Counted from the stretch's first letter, positions 29,413 through 39,450 are shown. The stretch: 64,000 bases of DNA from Pseudomonadota bacterium (GCA_046731355.1 JBKPKZ010000090.1:6806-70805), one strand, 5' to 3'. Notes: a model not told the origin generated them from the letters alone. Translations and numbers: made by a program.

Positions 29413-30993
29413 TCAGGGAACCAGGACGGTGTCCTTGGGCTGGGCCAGCATCTGCGGATAGTCGAGCGTGTAGTGAAGCCCGCGGCTTTCGTGCCGCGAC
29501 AGGGCCGAGCGGATGATCAGGTCAGCGACCTCGACGAGATTGCGCAGTTCGATAAGATCGGGAGTGACCCGAAAGTGCTTGTAGTAATCGGCGACCTCCT
29601 GCCGCAGCAGGTCGATCCGGTGCTTCGCCCGCTCGAGCCGTTTGGTCGTCCGGACGATCCCGACATAATTCCACATGAACCGCCGGATCTCGCCCCAGGT
29701 CTGGGTGATCACGACTTCTTCGTCGCTGTCGGTGACCCGGCTTTCATCCCATGCGCGGATCTTCGGCACCTCGGCGAGAATGTCCCAGTTCTCGTTGATG
29801 TGCTTTGCTGCGGCTTCACCGAAGACGAGGCATTCGAGCAGGCTGTTGGAAGCCAGTCGATTGGCGCCATGCAGGCCAGATTGAGTCACCTCGCCGGCTG
29901 CATAGAGCCCGGGCGCATCGGTGCGGCCATCAAGGTCGATCACCACTCCACCACAGGTGTAGTGCTGGGCGGGGACGACCGGAATCGGCTCCCTGGTGAT
30001 GTCGATGCCGAGGCCGAGCAGCTTGTCGTAAATGTTGGGGAAGTGCTCACGGACGAAGGCCGGGTCCCGGTGCGAGATGTCGAGGTGAACGAAGTCCAGG
30101 CCGAACCGCTTGATCTCATGGTCGATGGCGCGAGCCACGATGTCGCGCGGAGCAAGTTCCGCCCGCTCGTCGAAGCGGGCCATGAAGCGCTCTCCGGTGC
30201 CGGGGATCTTCAACTGTCCACCTTCACCTCGAACGGCCTCGGTGATGAGGAAGTTCTTGACCTCCAGATTGTACAGGCAGGTCGGGTGGAACTGCATGAA
30301 CTCCATGTTGGAGATCCGGCAGCCCGCTCGCCACGCCATTGCAATTCCGTCGCCCGTCGCTCCCCGCGGAGCGGTCGAGAAGAGATAGGCTCGCCCTGCC
30401 CCGCCCGTTGCCAGAACGGTCGCCCGGGACGTGAGCGCTTCGACCCGCTTCTTCGTTCGGTTGTAGGCGTAGAGGCCGTGCACCGCGCCGCTGGTCGAGA
30501 AGCTGGTCGCGTGACGTCCGGTGATCAGATCGATGGCGACCATGTCGGGAACAAGCGTGATGTTCGGATGCTTGAGTGCCGCTTCTTCGAGAGCCTGCTG
30601 AACCGCCGCCCCGGTCGCGTCGGCGACGTGGACGATACGGCGATGGCTATGACCGCCTTCGCGCGTCAGGTGGAGCGCGCTTCCCTCGGTCGCGAACGGA
30701 ACGCCGAGCTCGATCAGTCGTGCGATTGCGCGCGGCGCAGATTCGACGACATGTTCGACGACCTTCGGATCATTGAGTCCGACACCGGCGATCATCGTGT
30801 CGTTGATGTGGGAGTCGAAGCTGTCGCCCTCTTCCAGCACGGCGGCGATTCCGCCCTGCGCCCAGCCGGTCGCGCCCTCTCCAAGAGCGCCCTTGGCGAT
30901 GACGGCGACCTTGCGATTTTCCGCGAGGTTGAGCGCGGCGGTCAGTCCGGCCGCGCCGGAGCCGACGATCAGGACATCGGCCGTGGCGCTCAT
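29413..30993 (-). CDS. nadB: L-aspartate oxidase
   Basis: GSGAAGL, WAQGGIAA, EGGHSHRRIVH, QFHPT, HYTCGG, GLHGANRLASNSLLE, RHESRGLH. Confidence 0.98.
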   Translation of the reverse strand: MSATADVLIVGSGAAGLTAALNLAENRKVAVIAKGALGEGATGWAQGGIAAVLEEGDSFDSHINDTMIAGVGLNDPKVVEHVVESAPRAIARLIELGVPFATEGSALHLTREGGHSHRRIVHVADATGAAVQQALEEAALKHPNITLVPDMVAIDLITGRHATSFSTSGAVHGLYAYNRTKKRVEALTSRATVLATGGAGRAYLFSTAPRGATGDGIAMAWRAGCRISNMEFMQFHPTCLYNLEVKNFLITEAVRGEGGQLKIPGTGERFMARFDERAELAPRDIVARAIDHEIKRFGLDFVHLDISHRDPAFVREHFPNIYDKLLGLGIDITREPIPVVPAQHYTCGGVVIDLDGRTDAPGLYAAGEVTQSGLHGANRLASNSLLECLVFGEAAAKHINENWDILAEVPKIRAWDESRVTDSDEEVVITQTWGEIRRFMWNYVGIVRTTKRLERAKHRIDLLRQEVADYYKHFRVTPDLIELRNLVEVADLIIRSALSRHESRGLHYTLDYPQMLAQPKDTVLVP

Positions 30994-31916
30994 GCCGCCT
31001 GTTCGCTCACCAGGCTCAGGAACACGTCCTCGAGGTCCGGGTCACGCGTCCGAACGTCGACGATCGAGAAACCCTCGCGCTGGACTGCGGCGAGGACGTC
31101 GCCGGCATTGCACTTGTCCTTGCGATAGGTGATCTCGATCGTCCGCTCGTCGAGCAGGCGGATGTTTTCGAAGCAGGAATGGCTCGGCACCGAATCGAGG
31201 TCATGGTCGAAGCTGACCACGACCACTTTCTCCTGCGCCTTTGCGACCAGGCTGCGGGTCGGCTCATTGGCCACCACCTTGCCGTGGTTGATGATCGCGA
31301 TCCGGTCACAAAGCTCCTCCGCCTCCTCGAGGTAATGGGTGGTAAGGACGACCGTGACGCCCTGCTGATTGAGCTGCCGGACATAGGCCCAGAGCTGGCG
31401 GCGAAGTTCGATGTCGACTCCGGCCGTCGGCTCGTCGAGCACCAGGATCGGCGGCGAATGGACCATTGCCTTGGCGACCAGCAGCCTGCGCTTCATTCCG
31501 CCCGACAAGGTCCGCGAATAGGCGTCCGCCTTGTCGGTCAGGTGCATGGCGGCGAGCAGCTCGTCGGTCTTCCGCTGTTCCGGCCGAATCCCGTAAAGGC
31601 CGGCCTGGATTTCAAGCGCTTCCTTCGGAGTGAAGAAGGGATCGAAGAGAATTTCCTGGGGAACGATGCCGATCGAGCGCTTTGCGTTGCGCGGATGCTC
31701 ATCGATGTCAAAGCCCCAGATCGAGACCTTGCCGCTGGTCTTCACGACGAGCCCGGCGAGAATGTTGATCAGGGTCGATTTCCCCGCGCCGTTCGGGCCG
31801 AGAAGGCCGAAAATCTGTCCGCTCGGAACGTCGAAACTGACGTCGTCGAGCGCCCGTTTCCCACCCGCATAGGTCTTTGAAAGCGATTCGATGCGGATTG
31901 CCGCCGACGTATCCAT
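30990..31916 (-). CDS. ABC-2 type transporter ATP-binding protein (YadG-like)
   Basis: GPNGAGKST, LSGGMKRR, LDEPT, TTHY. Start MDTSAA at 31916; no permease gene adjacent. Confidence 0.92.
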   Translation of the reverse strand: MDTSAAIRIESLSKTYAGGKRALDDVSFDVPSGQIFGLLGPNGAGKSTLINILAGLVVKTSGKVSIWGFDIDEHPRNAKRSIGIVPQEILFDPFFTPKEALEIQAGLYGIRPEQRKTDELLAAMHLTDKADAYSRTLSGGMKRRLLVAKAMVHSPPILVLDEPTAGVDIELRRQLWAYVRQLNQQGVTVVLTTHYLEEAEELCDRIAIINHGKVVANEPTRSLVAKAQEKVVVVSFDHDLDSVPSHSCFENIRLLDERTIEITYRKDKCNAGDVLAAVQREGFSIVDVRTRDPDLEDVFLSLVSEQAA

Positions 31917-32036
31917 CTGGGCCGCATAGCGGCGAGGCGCCCCAACCGACAAGCAAGCCGGAAGGGGAGGGAGTAAACGCTCCGTTTACCCTGTCCGTCA
32001 GACGCGTCTTGAGGAAAGAAGGTTACCAGCGTCTTT

Positions 32037-32558
32037 GTGGGTCTTGGACGCTTCTTTACCTTGCTGGTCGCGGGAGTGCTGCCGATTGCGGCGGAGGCGC
32101 CCGTATTCGCTGCGCCCAGGGCGGCATTTCCACCCGCACAGGCGACCGTCGACATTCGCCAGCCAGCGTCCGTTCGGTTGATGAACGATCTGAATTTCGC
32201 CTACCTCACCGTTACTGCGGGGGGCACGGCCGTCGTGGATCCCGATACGGACACGATGACTACGACCGGCGGTGTCGTCCGGATCGCCGGAACGCCTTAC
32301 GCGGCCCAGTTCGAGGCGGTGTCGCCGGTGAAAGGCGTGGTGCACATCCGTGCACCCAAGACTCCAGCGACACTGACCCGCGTCGGCGGGACCGAAACGA
32401 TGACGGTCACGAATTTCGTCGTAAGCGGAAGCGGCACCCGCAATGCCAACGCAAGGGAACCCTTTGCCTTCAAGGTCGGCGGGACTCTCAATGTCAACGC
32501 GAATCAGGTCGAGGGGCTCTACACAGGAACGTTTACTGTCGACGTCCAATATCCGTAA
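32037..32558 (+). CDS. DUF4402 domain secreted beta-sandwich (pilin-like) protein
   Basis: Signal peptide; DLNFA near the N-terminus; C-terminal FKVGGTLNVNANQVEGLYTGTFTVDVQY. Confidence 0.8.
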   Translation: MGLGRFFTLLVAGVLPIAAEAPVFAAPRAAFPPAQATVDIRQPASVRLMNDLNFAYLTVTAGGTAVVDPDTDTMTTTGGVVRIAGTPYAAQFEAVSPVKGVVHIRAPKTPATLTRVGGTETMTVTNFVVSGSGTRNANAREPFAFKVGGTLNVNANQVEGLYTGTFTVDVQYP

Positions 32559-32632
32559 TCGGCGTAAAGGCATTCCTCATCCATCTGACCGTTCGCATTG
32601 AAGCCGCGTCGGCCGGTTGCTACCTGAGTCGC

Positions 32633-32851
32633 ATGGAACAGTCCGCAAAAGCCGCGAATTCGCTGCCGCCGCCAGAAGTGTTCAAGGTCAAGACCTTGCA
32701 GGTCGCCTGCGACGGATCGGGGGAGATATCGCCCGCGCTGGGGCATCCGCGGGTCTTTTTGCGCATGGAGCCGGACCTCGGCTTCGTCGAATGCGGATAT
32801 TGCGACCGTCGTTTCGTCCTTGAGGGGGGACCTGCGGACAAGCCGGCATGA
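32633..32851 (+). CDS. zf-CHCC zinc-finger protein (NDUFS6-like)
   Basis: VACDG...LGHPRVFL...VECGYCDRRF (C-H-C-C ligands), 72 aa. Confidence 0.9.
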   Translation: MEQSAKAANSLPPPEVFKVKTLQVACDGSGEISPALGHPRVFLRMEPDLGFVECGYCDRRFVLEGGPADKPA

Positions 32852-34272
32852 CCGGACCAGATCCGCGCCGGTTCCTCTACCGAAGCCTCGATCCGGACGG
32901 CGCGAAGCTCCTTGCGGCAAGGCATCTCTCGTCCTGTGACGATGGCGAGCTTTACCTTCAATATTCGGCGAGCGAGGCGTTCGGCTTCGACGATGGCCGG
33001 CTAAAGACCGCGGACTACAACACCGCGTCGGGCTTCGGCCTAAGGGGTGTGTCCGGCGAGACCACGGCTTTCGCCCACGCCAATGAGATCAGCGAAGCCG
33101 CGATCGACCGAGCGGCCTCGACTCTGAAGCTGCTCGACCCGGCGACAGGACAACCCGCGCCACCGCCGCTGCGCACCAACCAGGCGATGTACACGGCGGA
33201 CGACCCGCTTTCGGCCATCCCGTTTGCCGAAAAGGTCGCCCTCTGCCAGCAGATCGATGCCGCGGCCCGCGCCCGCGATCCACGGGTTGCGCAGGTCGCC
33301 GTCTCTCTTGCGGCGAGCTGGAGCGTGATCGACATCGTCCGTGCCGACGGCTTCGTTGCCCATGACGTACGTCCGTTGGTGCGCCTCAACGTGCAGATCG
33401 TCGCCAAGGACGGCGACCGTCGCGAGACCGGTTATCATGGGCTTGGCGGCCGTTATCTCTACGACGATCTGTTCAAGCCCGAGACCTGGAACCGAGCAAT
33501 CGACGTCGCTCTCGCTCAGGCGCTGACCAACCTTGAATCGGTCGCGGCACCGGCCGGTGAGATGCCGGTCGTGCTCGGCCCCGGCTGGCCGGGCGTGTTG
33601 CTTCACGAGGCCGTCGGTCATGGCCTGGAGGGCGACTTCAACCGCAAGGGCACGTCCGCCTTCTCCGGCCGAATTGGCCAGCGAGTTGCGGCGCCGGGTG
33701 TAACCGTCGTCGATGATGGAGCCATCGGCAGCCGTCGCGGGTCGCTGACCATCGATGACGAAGGTACGCCGACCCGCCGCAACATCTTGATCGAGGACGG
33801 CGTCCTCAAAGGCTATATCCAGGACCGGCTCAATGCGCGGCTGATGGGAGTTGAGCCGACCGGCAATGGCCGCCGCGAGAGTTTCGCCCACGCACCGATG
33901 CCCCGCATGACCAATACCTTCATGCTCGCTGGGAACGACAATCCGGGCGAGTTGGTCGAGCGGGTCAAGGACGGCATTTACGCCAGGAGCTTCGGCGGTG
34001 GGCAGGTCGACATCACCAGCGGCAAGTTCGTCTTCTCCTGCACCGAGGCTTACCGGATCCGCAACGGCAGGATCGCGGAACCGATCAAGGGAGCGACCCT
34101 GATCGGCGACGGGCCGACCGTGCTCACCAAGATCAAGGGGATCGGCAATGATCTCGAGCTCGACGAAGGCGTCGGAATTTGCGGCAAGGGCGGCCAGTCC
34201 GTTCCTGCGGGCGTCGGCCAGCCAACGCTGCTGATCGACGGGCTCACGGTCGGAGGAACGGCGACCGCGTGA
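32848..34272 (+). CDS. tldD: Metalloprotease TldD
   Basis: LLHEAVGHGLEGD zinc motif, GRRESFAHAPMPRMTNT, GGQVDITSG, CGKGGQSVP. Confidence 0.96.
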   Translation: MTGPDPRRFLYRSLDPDGAKLLAARHLSSCDDGELYLQYSASEAFGFDDGRLKTADYNTASGFGLRGVSGETTAFAHANEISEAAIDRAASTLKLLDPATGQPAPPPLRTNQAMYTADDPLSAIPFAEKVALCQQIDAAARARDPRVAQVAVSLAASWSVIDIVRADGFVAHDVRPLVRLNVQIVAKDGDRRETGYHGLGGRYLYDDLFKPETWNRAIDVALAQALTNLESVAAPAGEMPVVLGPGWPGVLLHEAVGHGLEGDFNRKGTSAFSGRIGQRVAAPGVTVVDDGAIGSRRGSLTIDDEGTPTRRNILIEDGVLKGYIQDRLNARLMGVEPTGNGRRESFAHAPMPRMTNTFMLAGNDNPGELVERVKDGIYARSFGGGQVDITSGKFVFSCTEAYRIRNGRIAEPIKGATLIGDGPTVLTKIKGIGNDLELDEGVGICGKGGQSVPAGVGQPTLLIDGLTVGGTATA

Positions 34273-34811
34273 CCCTCACCGACTGGCGCCACGACGTCCT
34301 GACCTTCTGGTTCGGCCTCGATCCGAAGCAGTGGTGGAAAAGCGATCCGCTCGTGGACGATGAGGTTCGGGAACGCTTCCAGAAGCTCTGGTCCCGCAAG
34401 CGAGAGCTTCCGGTCGAATCATTCCTCGACGACCCGCTGACCGCGCTCGCCGCGGTGATCCTGTTCGACCAATTCCCTCGCAACATGTTCCGGGGGGATG
34501 CCGAGCAGTTCGCGACCGACCATCTCGCTCTGGCAATCGCGAAGGCCGCTGTTGACCGTAGCTTCGCCGATCAGCTCGAGAAAGTGGAACGCGTGTTCCT
34601 CTACATGCCGTTCCAGCATAGCGAGTCGCGCGCCGACCAGAACCGGTCGATCCAGCTCTTCACGACGCTCGACGACGACTATCATCTCGGCTTCGCGAAA
34701 AAGCATCACGACGTCATCGCTCGCTTCGGCCGCTTCCCCCACCGCAACGCGATGCTCGGACGTGCGCCGCGTCCCGACGAAGTCGCCGCAGGCGACGTGG
34801 TACCCTGGTGA
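34269..34811 (+). CDS. DUF924 family protein
   Basis: VLTFWF, ILFDQFPRNMFR, FLYMPFQHSES, RFGRFPHRN..LGR. Confidence 0.92.
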   Translation: MTLTDWRHDVLTFWFGLDPKQWWKSDPLVDDEVRERFQKLWSRKRELPVESFLDDPLTALAAVILFDQFPRNMFRGDAEQFATDHLALAIAKAAVDRSFADQLEKVERVFLYMPFQHSESRADQNRSIQLFTTLDDDYHLGFAKKHHDVIARFGRFPHRNAMLGRAPRPDEVAAGDVVPW

Positions 34812-35002
34812 GCCTGGTCGAGCTCGCCCGTTTCGATAATCGCATCGAAGCCGAGGTCGCTCGGCTCAATCTCGAAGCGGAGGGCATCGACGCAGTCCTG
34901 TTCGATGCAGAGATCAGCCACTTCTATGGCGGTTGGTTCCTGCCGATCCGGCTGATGGTGCTCGATGAACAGCTCGAAGACGCTCGAGCGGTCCTCGCCT
35001 AG
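34808..35002 (+). CDS. DUF2007 (putative signal-transducing) small protein
   Basis: 64 aa, EAEVAR..LEAEGIDAVLFD...IRLMV; coupled to the DUF924 stop. Confidence 0.8.
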   Translation: MSLVELARFDNRIEAEVARLNLEAEGIDAVLFDAEISHFYGGWFLPIRLMVLDEQLEDARAVLA

Positions 35003-35403
35003 AGCAGGTGAGCGATCGGTGTCGGATCGACCCCGACGCTTGCAAGCCTCCGCTCGATCTCCTCGCGCGGCATTCCTTCATCGTTTTTCGCGAGTGCCCA
35101 GGCGAGCGACGAGCGGGTCCCGCTTCGGCAGAATGCGAGCATCTTGCCCTCCGTGGCTCTGATCGCGTCCTGCATTGCCTCCGCGTCCGCAGGACCGATA
35201 CCGCGGATGATCGGGATCGATCGGTAACCGAGCCCTGCGGCCTGGGCCGCTTCCTCGATCTCGGCTCCCAGGGGCTGATCGGGGTCTTCCCCGTCAGGCC
35301 GATTGTTGACGATCATCGTGACGCCCTGCGCGGCAAGTTCGGCCACGTCGCCGGGAGCGATCTGTCCGCTGACCAGCACCTTGTCATCGAGCTCTCGCGC
35401 CAT
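34999..35403 (-). CDS. TIGR01244 / Blh-like sulfurtransferase (PTP-like fold)
   Basis: VSGQI, IVNNRPDGE, FCRSGTRS (Cx5R). Start MARELD at 35403. Confidence 0.88.
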   Translation of the reverse strand: MARELDDKVLVSGQIAPGDVAELAAQGVTMIVNNRPDGEDPDQPLGAEIEEAAQAAGLGYRSIPIIRGIGPADAEAMQDAIRATEGKMLAFCRSGTRSSLAWALAKNDEGMPREEIERRLASVGVDPTPIAHLL

Positions 35404-37171
35404 CCGAACCTTCCTCCTGCGCCGCGACTGCCGCGAGCATGGCTTCTCCGTAGCGGGCAAGCTTCACTGCACCAACTCCCTGCACGGTGCCAAGTTGTGC
35501 AAGGCTTCGAGGCCTCGACGCCGCGATCTCGCGCAAGGTCGAATCGTGGAAGATGACGTACGGAGGAACCCCGGCTTCCGAAGCAAGCACTCGGCGGGCC
35601 TCCCGTAACGCGTCGAAGAGTGGATCTGCCGGTCCCTCGTAACGTTTCCTGGCCTGCCGCCGGCGCGGCGCGGGAACGACGATCGTTAGCTCTTGCTCGC
35701 CCTTGAGTATCGGCTTCGCTCCGGGACCGAAGCTCAGCCCGCCATAGGCGTCGGAGCGCAGAGCGTCGCGAGCAATCAGCGCCCGGGCCACCGGCCGCAC
35801 CAGCGCGAGCTCCTCAGCATCAGCGATGCCGAAGACCGACAGCCGGTCATGTCCGAAGCTTCGCACCTTTTCATTGTCGTTACCTGCAAGCACGTCCGCG
35901 AGATGTGCGACGCCGAAACGCATCTCGGTGCGGAAGGCCGCCGACAGCAGCTTTCGCGCAACTTCGGTTGCATTGATCGTCTTCGGAGGATCGATGCAAT
36001 TGTCGCAATTGCCGCAGGTCTCGGGTGGATCCTCTCCAAAATGGCGCAGCAGGATGGCGCGCCTGCAGCCCGATGTCTCCACGAACGCGGCAAGCGCGTT
36101 GAGCCGTTCGCGCTCGCCGGGACGGCGGTCGGGCTCGACCTCCTGCTCGATTCGACTTCGAGCTCGGGCGAAGTCCTCCGCGCCCCAAAAGAGCCAGGCC
36201 TCGGCCGGCTCACCGTCACGGCCGGCCCGGCCCGTTTCCTGGTAGTAAGACTCGATCGACTTGGGGATTCCGGCATGGGCGACGAAGCGCACGTCGGGCT
36301 TGTCGATGCCCATTCCGAACGCGACTGTTGCAGCGATCACCATCTCCTCCGATTCGACGAAGGCCGCCTGGTTGCGAGCGCGCACCGAAGGATCGAGCCC
36401 GGCGTGATAGGCGCGCGCAGGCCTGCCGGTCGCAGCGAGCTGCTCGGCTATACGTTCCGACTTGTCGCGGCTGGGAGCGTAGACGATCCCCGGGCCCGTC
36501 TCCCCGGCGAGCAGGCGTTGGAGCTGCGCACTCAAACCGTCGCGCGGGCGGACGTGATAACGGATGTTCGGCCGGTCGAAGCCGGCAAGGATGAGCCCCT
36601 CCTCGGGAATCGAGAGCTGCGCCAGAATGTCGGCGCGCGTTCGACTGTCGGCAGTCGCCGTCAGCGCCAGACGCGGAACGTCGGAATGCTCTTCGAGAAG
36701 CGGCCTCAGCTGCCGGTAGTCGGGGCGAAAATCATGCCCCCACTCGCTGACGCAATGCGCTTCGTCGATCGCGATCAGCGAGAGGCTCACCTGGTTGACG
36801 GTGCGGCGGAACGCCTCGCCGGTCGCCCGTTCGGGAGCAACATAAAGCAGGTCGAGTTCGCCCGACTTGAAGCGCCGGACGGTCTCTTCGCGATCGCCGT
36901 CGGCGGACGTCAGCGAGGCCGCTCGAAGTCCGATCGCGTTTGCGCTTCGAATCTGGTCGTGCATCAGCGCAATCAGCGGCGAGATGACAAGCGCGGTGCC
37001 CTGCCGTGCAACGGCTGGAAGCTGGTAGCAAAGCGACTTGCCGGCTCCGGTCGGCATCACCGCCAGGGTATGGCGGCCCGCGAGCACTCGCTCGACGACG
37101 TCCTCTTGAACCCCGCGGAAATGATCGAAACCGAAGACCGAGTGAAGGATTTCCGGAACGCTGCTCACCAT
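35384..37171 (-). CDS. recQ: ATP-dependent DNA helicase RecQ
   Basis: MPTGAGKS, IDEAHCVSEWGHDFRP, QETGRAGRDG, CRR...CGNCDNC zinc domain, HRDC (PPYVIFHD). Confidence 0.97.
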   Translation of the reverse strand: MVSSVPEILHSVFGFDHFRGVQEDVVERVLAGRHTLAVMPTGAGKSLCYQLPAVARQGTALVISPLIALMHDQIRSANAIGLRAASLTSADGDREETVRRFKSGELDLLYVAPERATGEAFRRTVNQVSLSLIAIDEAHCVSEWGHDFRPDYRQLRPLLEEHSDVPRLALTATADSRTRADILAQLSIPEEGLILAGFDRPNIRYHVRPRDGLSAQLQRLLAGETGPGIVYAPSRDKSERIAEQLAATGRPARAYHAGLDPSVRARNQAAFVESEEMVIAATVAFGMGIDKPDVRFVAHAGIPKSIESYYQETGRAGRDGEPAEAWLFWGAEDFARARSRIEQEVEPDRRPGERERLNALAAFVETSGCRRAILLRHFGEDPPETCGNCDNCIDPPKTINATEVARKLLSAAFRTEMRFGVAHLADVLAGNDNEKVRSFGHDRLSVFGIADAEELALVRPVARALIARDALRSDAYGGLSFGPGAKPILKGEQELTIVVPAPRRRQARKRYEGPADPLFDALREARRVLASEAGVPPYVIFHDSTLREIAASRPRSLAQLGTVQGVGAVKLARYGEAMLAAVAAQEEGSDGARAR

Positions 37172-37205
37172 TCACCCATAGCGTCCGGGCTGGTCCTGTC
37201 TAAGA

Positions 37206-39026
37206 CTACTCCGCTGCCTCCGCCGTTTCTTCCAGCACGCGCTCGGCCGCCTGGCGATACCAGAGATCGGCGTACAGCCCGCCTTTCTCGAGCAGCTCCT
37301 CATGCTTGCCCAGCTCAGCCACGAGGCCGTTCTCGAGCACCGCGATCCGGTCAGCTCCGACAATGGTCGATAGACGATGCGCGATGATGATGGTCGTCCG
37401 GTTGCGGGCGATGCGTTCGAGCGTTTCCTGGATCGCTTGCTCGGTTCGGCTGTCGAGCGCGCTGGTCGCCTCGTCGAGGACGAGAATCGGCGGGTTCTTG
37501 AGCAAGGTTCGAGCGATGGCGACGCGCTGCTTCTCGCCGCCAGAGAGCTTGAGGCCGCGCTCGCCGACCATGCTTTCGTAGCCTTGGGGGAGCGCCTTCA
37601 CGAACTCGTCGATGGCTGCGCCCTTTGCGGCATCTTCAATCTCGCCTTTCGACGCTTCGCCACGGCCGTAGGCGATGTTGTAGCCGATTGTGTCGTTGAA
37701 CAGCACCGTATCCTGCGGAACGATTCCGATCGCCGAGCGAAGGGAACGCTGGGCGACATCGGCAATCGGCTGGCCGTCGATCAGTATGCGCCCCTCGGTG
37801 GGGTCGTAGAAACGGTACATCAGCCGTGCGAGCGTCGACTTGCCAGCGCCGGACGGGCCGACGACGGCAAGGCTGGTGCCGGCCGGGATGTCGAGATCGA
37901 TCCCCTTGAGGATCTCGCGGCCCGGCTCGTAGCCGAAGCGCACGCCTTCGAAGCGGACGTTCCCGCGCTTCACTTCGAGAGTCGACGCATCGGCCCTATC
38001 GACAACTTCGGCAGGAGTATCGAGCAAGCCGAACATCGCCTCCATGTCGATCAGTCCCTGACGGATTGAGCGATAGACCCATCCGAGCATGTCGAGCGGC
38101 CTGAAGAGCTGCATCAGGAGCGAATTCACGAGCACCACGTCACCCGGAGTGAACTGCCCGCGGCTCCAGCCCCAGACGGTGAAGATCATCGCCCCGGCCA
38201 TCATCAGATTGGTGATGAAGCTCTGGCCAATGTTGAGCCATGCGAGCGACGTCTCGTTGCGAACCGCGGCCTTCGCGAAGGCCCCTATGGCCTCGTCGTA
38301 GCGCTTCGCCTCGCGCTCCTCCGCTCCGAAATATTTGACGGTCTCGTAGTTGAGCAGCGAGTCGACCGCGCGCCCGATCGCCTTGTTGTCGACCTCGTTC
38401 ATGTCGCGCTGGATCTGGGCTCGCCAGTCGGTAACCTTGCGAGTGAACGCGATGTAGATTGCGACCATCGCCAGCGTCGCCGCGACCAGGCCGGCGCCGA
38501 ACTTCACGAAAAAGATGATGCAGATTGCGGCGAGCTCGATTGCCGTCGGAGCGATGTTGAAGAGGATGAAGTAGAGCATCATGTCGATGCTCTTGGTCCC
38601 GCGCTCGACGATCTTTGTAAGCGAGCCGGTGCGTCGCTCCAGGTGAAAACTCAGGCTGAGGTCGTGGATGTGGCGGAACACCTGACCCGACAAACGGCGG
38701 GCGGCGTTCTGTCCGACCTTCTCGAACAGGGCGTTGCGAAGATTGTCAGCCAAAACGCCCGCGAACCGGGCGACGGTGTAAGCGACGACGATCATGGCCA
38801 CGACGCCGAACGCGACATGCGGCCCGGACATCCGGTCGATTACCGCCTTGTAGGCAAAGGGCATCACCAGGGTCGCTGCCTTGCCGGCAAGAACGAGGAC
38901 GACCGCCGCTACGACGCGCGCCTTCAGCTCGAACTGACCTCTGGGCCACAGCATCGGCAAGAAGCGAACGAGCGTATTGAAGCCAGGGTTCGACTTTTCC
39001 TGTTGTTGAGCTCCGTCCGCCATCAA
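37206..39026 (-). CDS. atm1: ABCB half-transporter, Atm1/HMT1 type
   Basis: TMD with FHLERRTG and SLLNYETVK; NBD GPSGAGKST, VPQDTVLFN, LSGGEKQR, LDEATS. Confidence 0.92.
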   Translation of the reverse strand: MMADGAQQQEKSNPGFNTLVRFLPMLWPRGQFELKARVVAAVVLVLAGKAATLVMPFAYKAVIDRMSGPHVAFGVVAMIVVAYTVARFAGVLADNLRNALFEKVGQNAARRLSGQVFRHIHDLSLSFHLERRTGSLTKIVERGTKSIDMMLYFILFNIAPTAIELAAICIIFFVKFGAGLVAATLAMVAIYIAFTRKVTDWRAQIQRDMNEVDNKAIGRAVDSLLNYETVKYFGAEEREAKRYDEAIGAFAKAAVRNETSLAWLNIGQSFITNLMMAGAMIFTVWGWSRGQFTPGDVVLVNSLLMQLFRPLDMLGWVYRSIRQGLIDMEAMFGLLDTPAEVVDRADASTLEVKRGNVRFEGVRFGYEPGREILKGIDLDIPAGTSLAVVGPSGAGKSTLARLMYRFYDPTEGRILIDGQPIADVAQRSLRSAIGIVPQDTVLFNDTIGYNIAYGRGEASKGEIEDAAKGAAIDEFVKALPQGYESMVGERGLKLSGGEKQRVAIARTLLKNPPILVLDEATSALDSRTEQAIQETLERIARNRTTIIIAHRLSTIVGADRIAVLENGLVAELGKHEELLEKGGLYADLWYRQAAERVLEETAEAAE

Positions 39027-39081
39027 TTCCCTAGGTAGGAGTGCGGATGGCGCCCCGCAAACGACATGTGCGAAAATGGTC

Positions 39082-39107
39082 GGAACCGTAGCCTTGAGTC
39101 GACTGTT
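39082..39107 (+). promoter_or_regulatory. EcfG-like promoter candidate
   Basis: GGAAC-N17-TGTT, 33 bp upstream of the 83-aa ORF. Confidence 0.5.
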
Positions 39108-39139
39108 GCGCGGATAGGTCTCTAAGGTGATTTTTCCGA

Positions 39140-39391
39140 ATGGAAGCAGTCTATTACGTGATTGCCATCCTCGGCTGCCCGGACGGGTCGACGCAGTGCA
39201 CGCAGGTGGTCACGGTGCCCACCCACTATGCTTCGCAAGAGGCTTGCTCGGCAGGAACGCAACAGGCGCTCATCGCCAACGACGACTTGGATTTTCCGAC
39301 CCTCATAGCCGAGTGTCGAGAGACCAAGGCGCCCTCGAGCGCAGCCCAGGACAAACCCGAGAAGCTGCCCGCTTCCGCGAAGCGCGGCTAA
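39140..39391 (+). CDS. Hypothetical small Cys-containing protein
   Basis: 83 aa MEAVYYVIAILGCPDGSTQC...EACSA...IAECRE; fills the gap after atm1; four Cys suggest a disulfide-bonded exported protein. Confidence 0.7.
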   Translation: MEAVYYVIAILGCPDGSTQCTQVVTVPTHYASQEACSAGTQQALIANDDLDFPTLIAECRETKAPSSAAQDKPEKLPASAKRG

Positions 39392-39422
39392 CCGCGCCCA
39401 CACCGCTCCTCGTCCAATCGCA

Positions 39423-39450
39423 GGAACCTTGCCGCTTCGGCGGCGGTTTT
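39423..39450 (+). promoter_or_regulatory. EcfG-like promoter whose spacer is a UUCG hairpin
   Basis: GGAAC-N17-GGTT; spacer contains GCCGC-TTCG-GCGGC, followed by GGTTTT. Confidence 0.55.
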
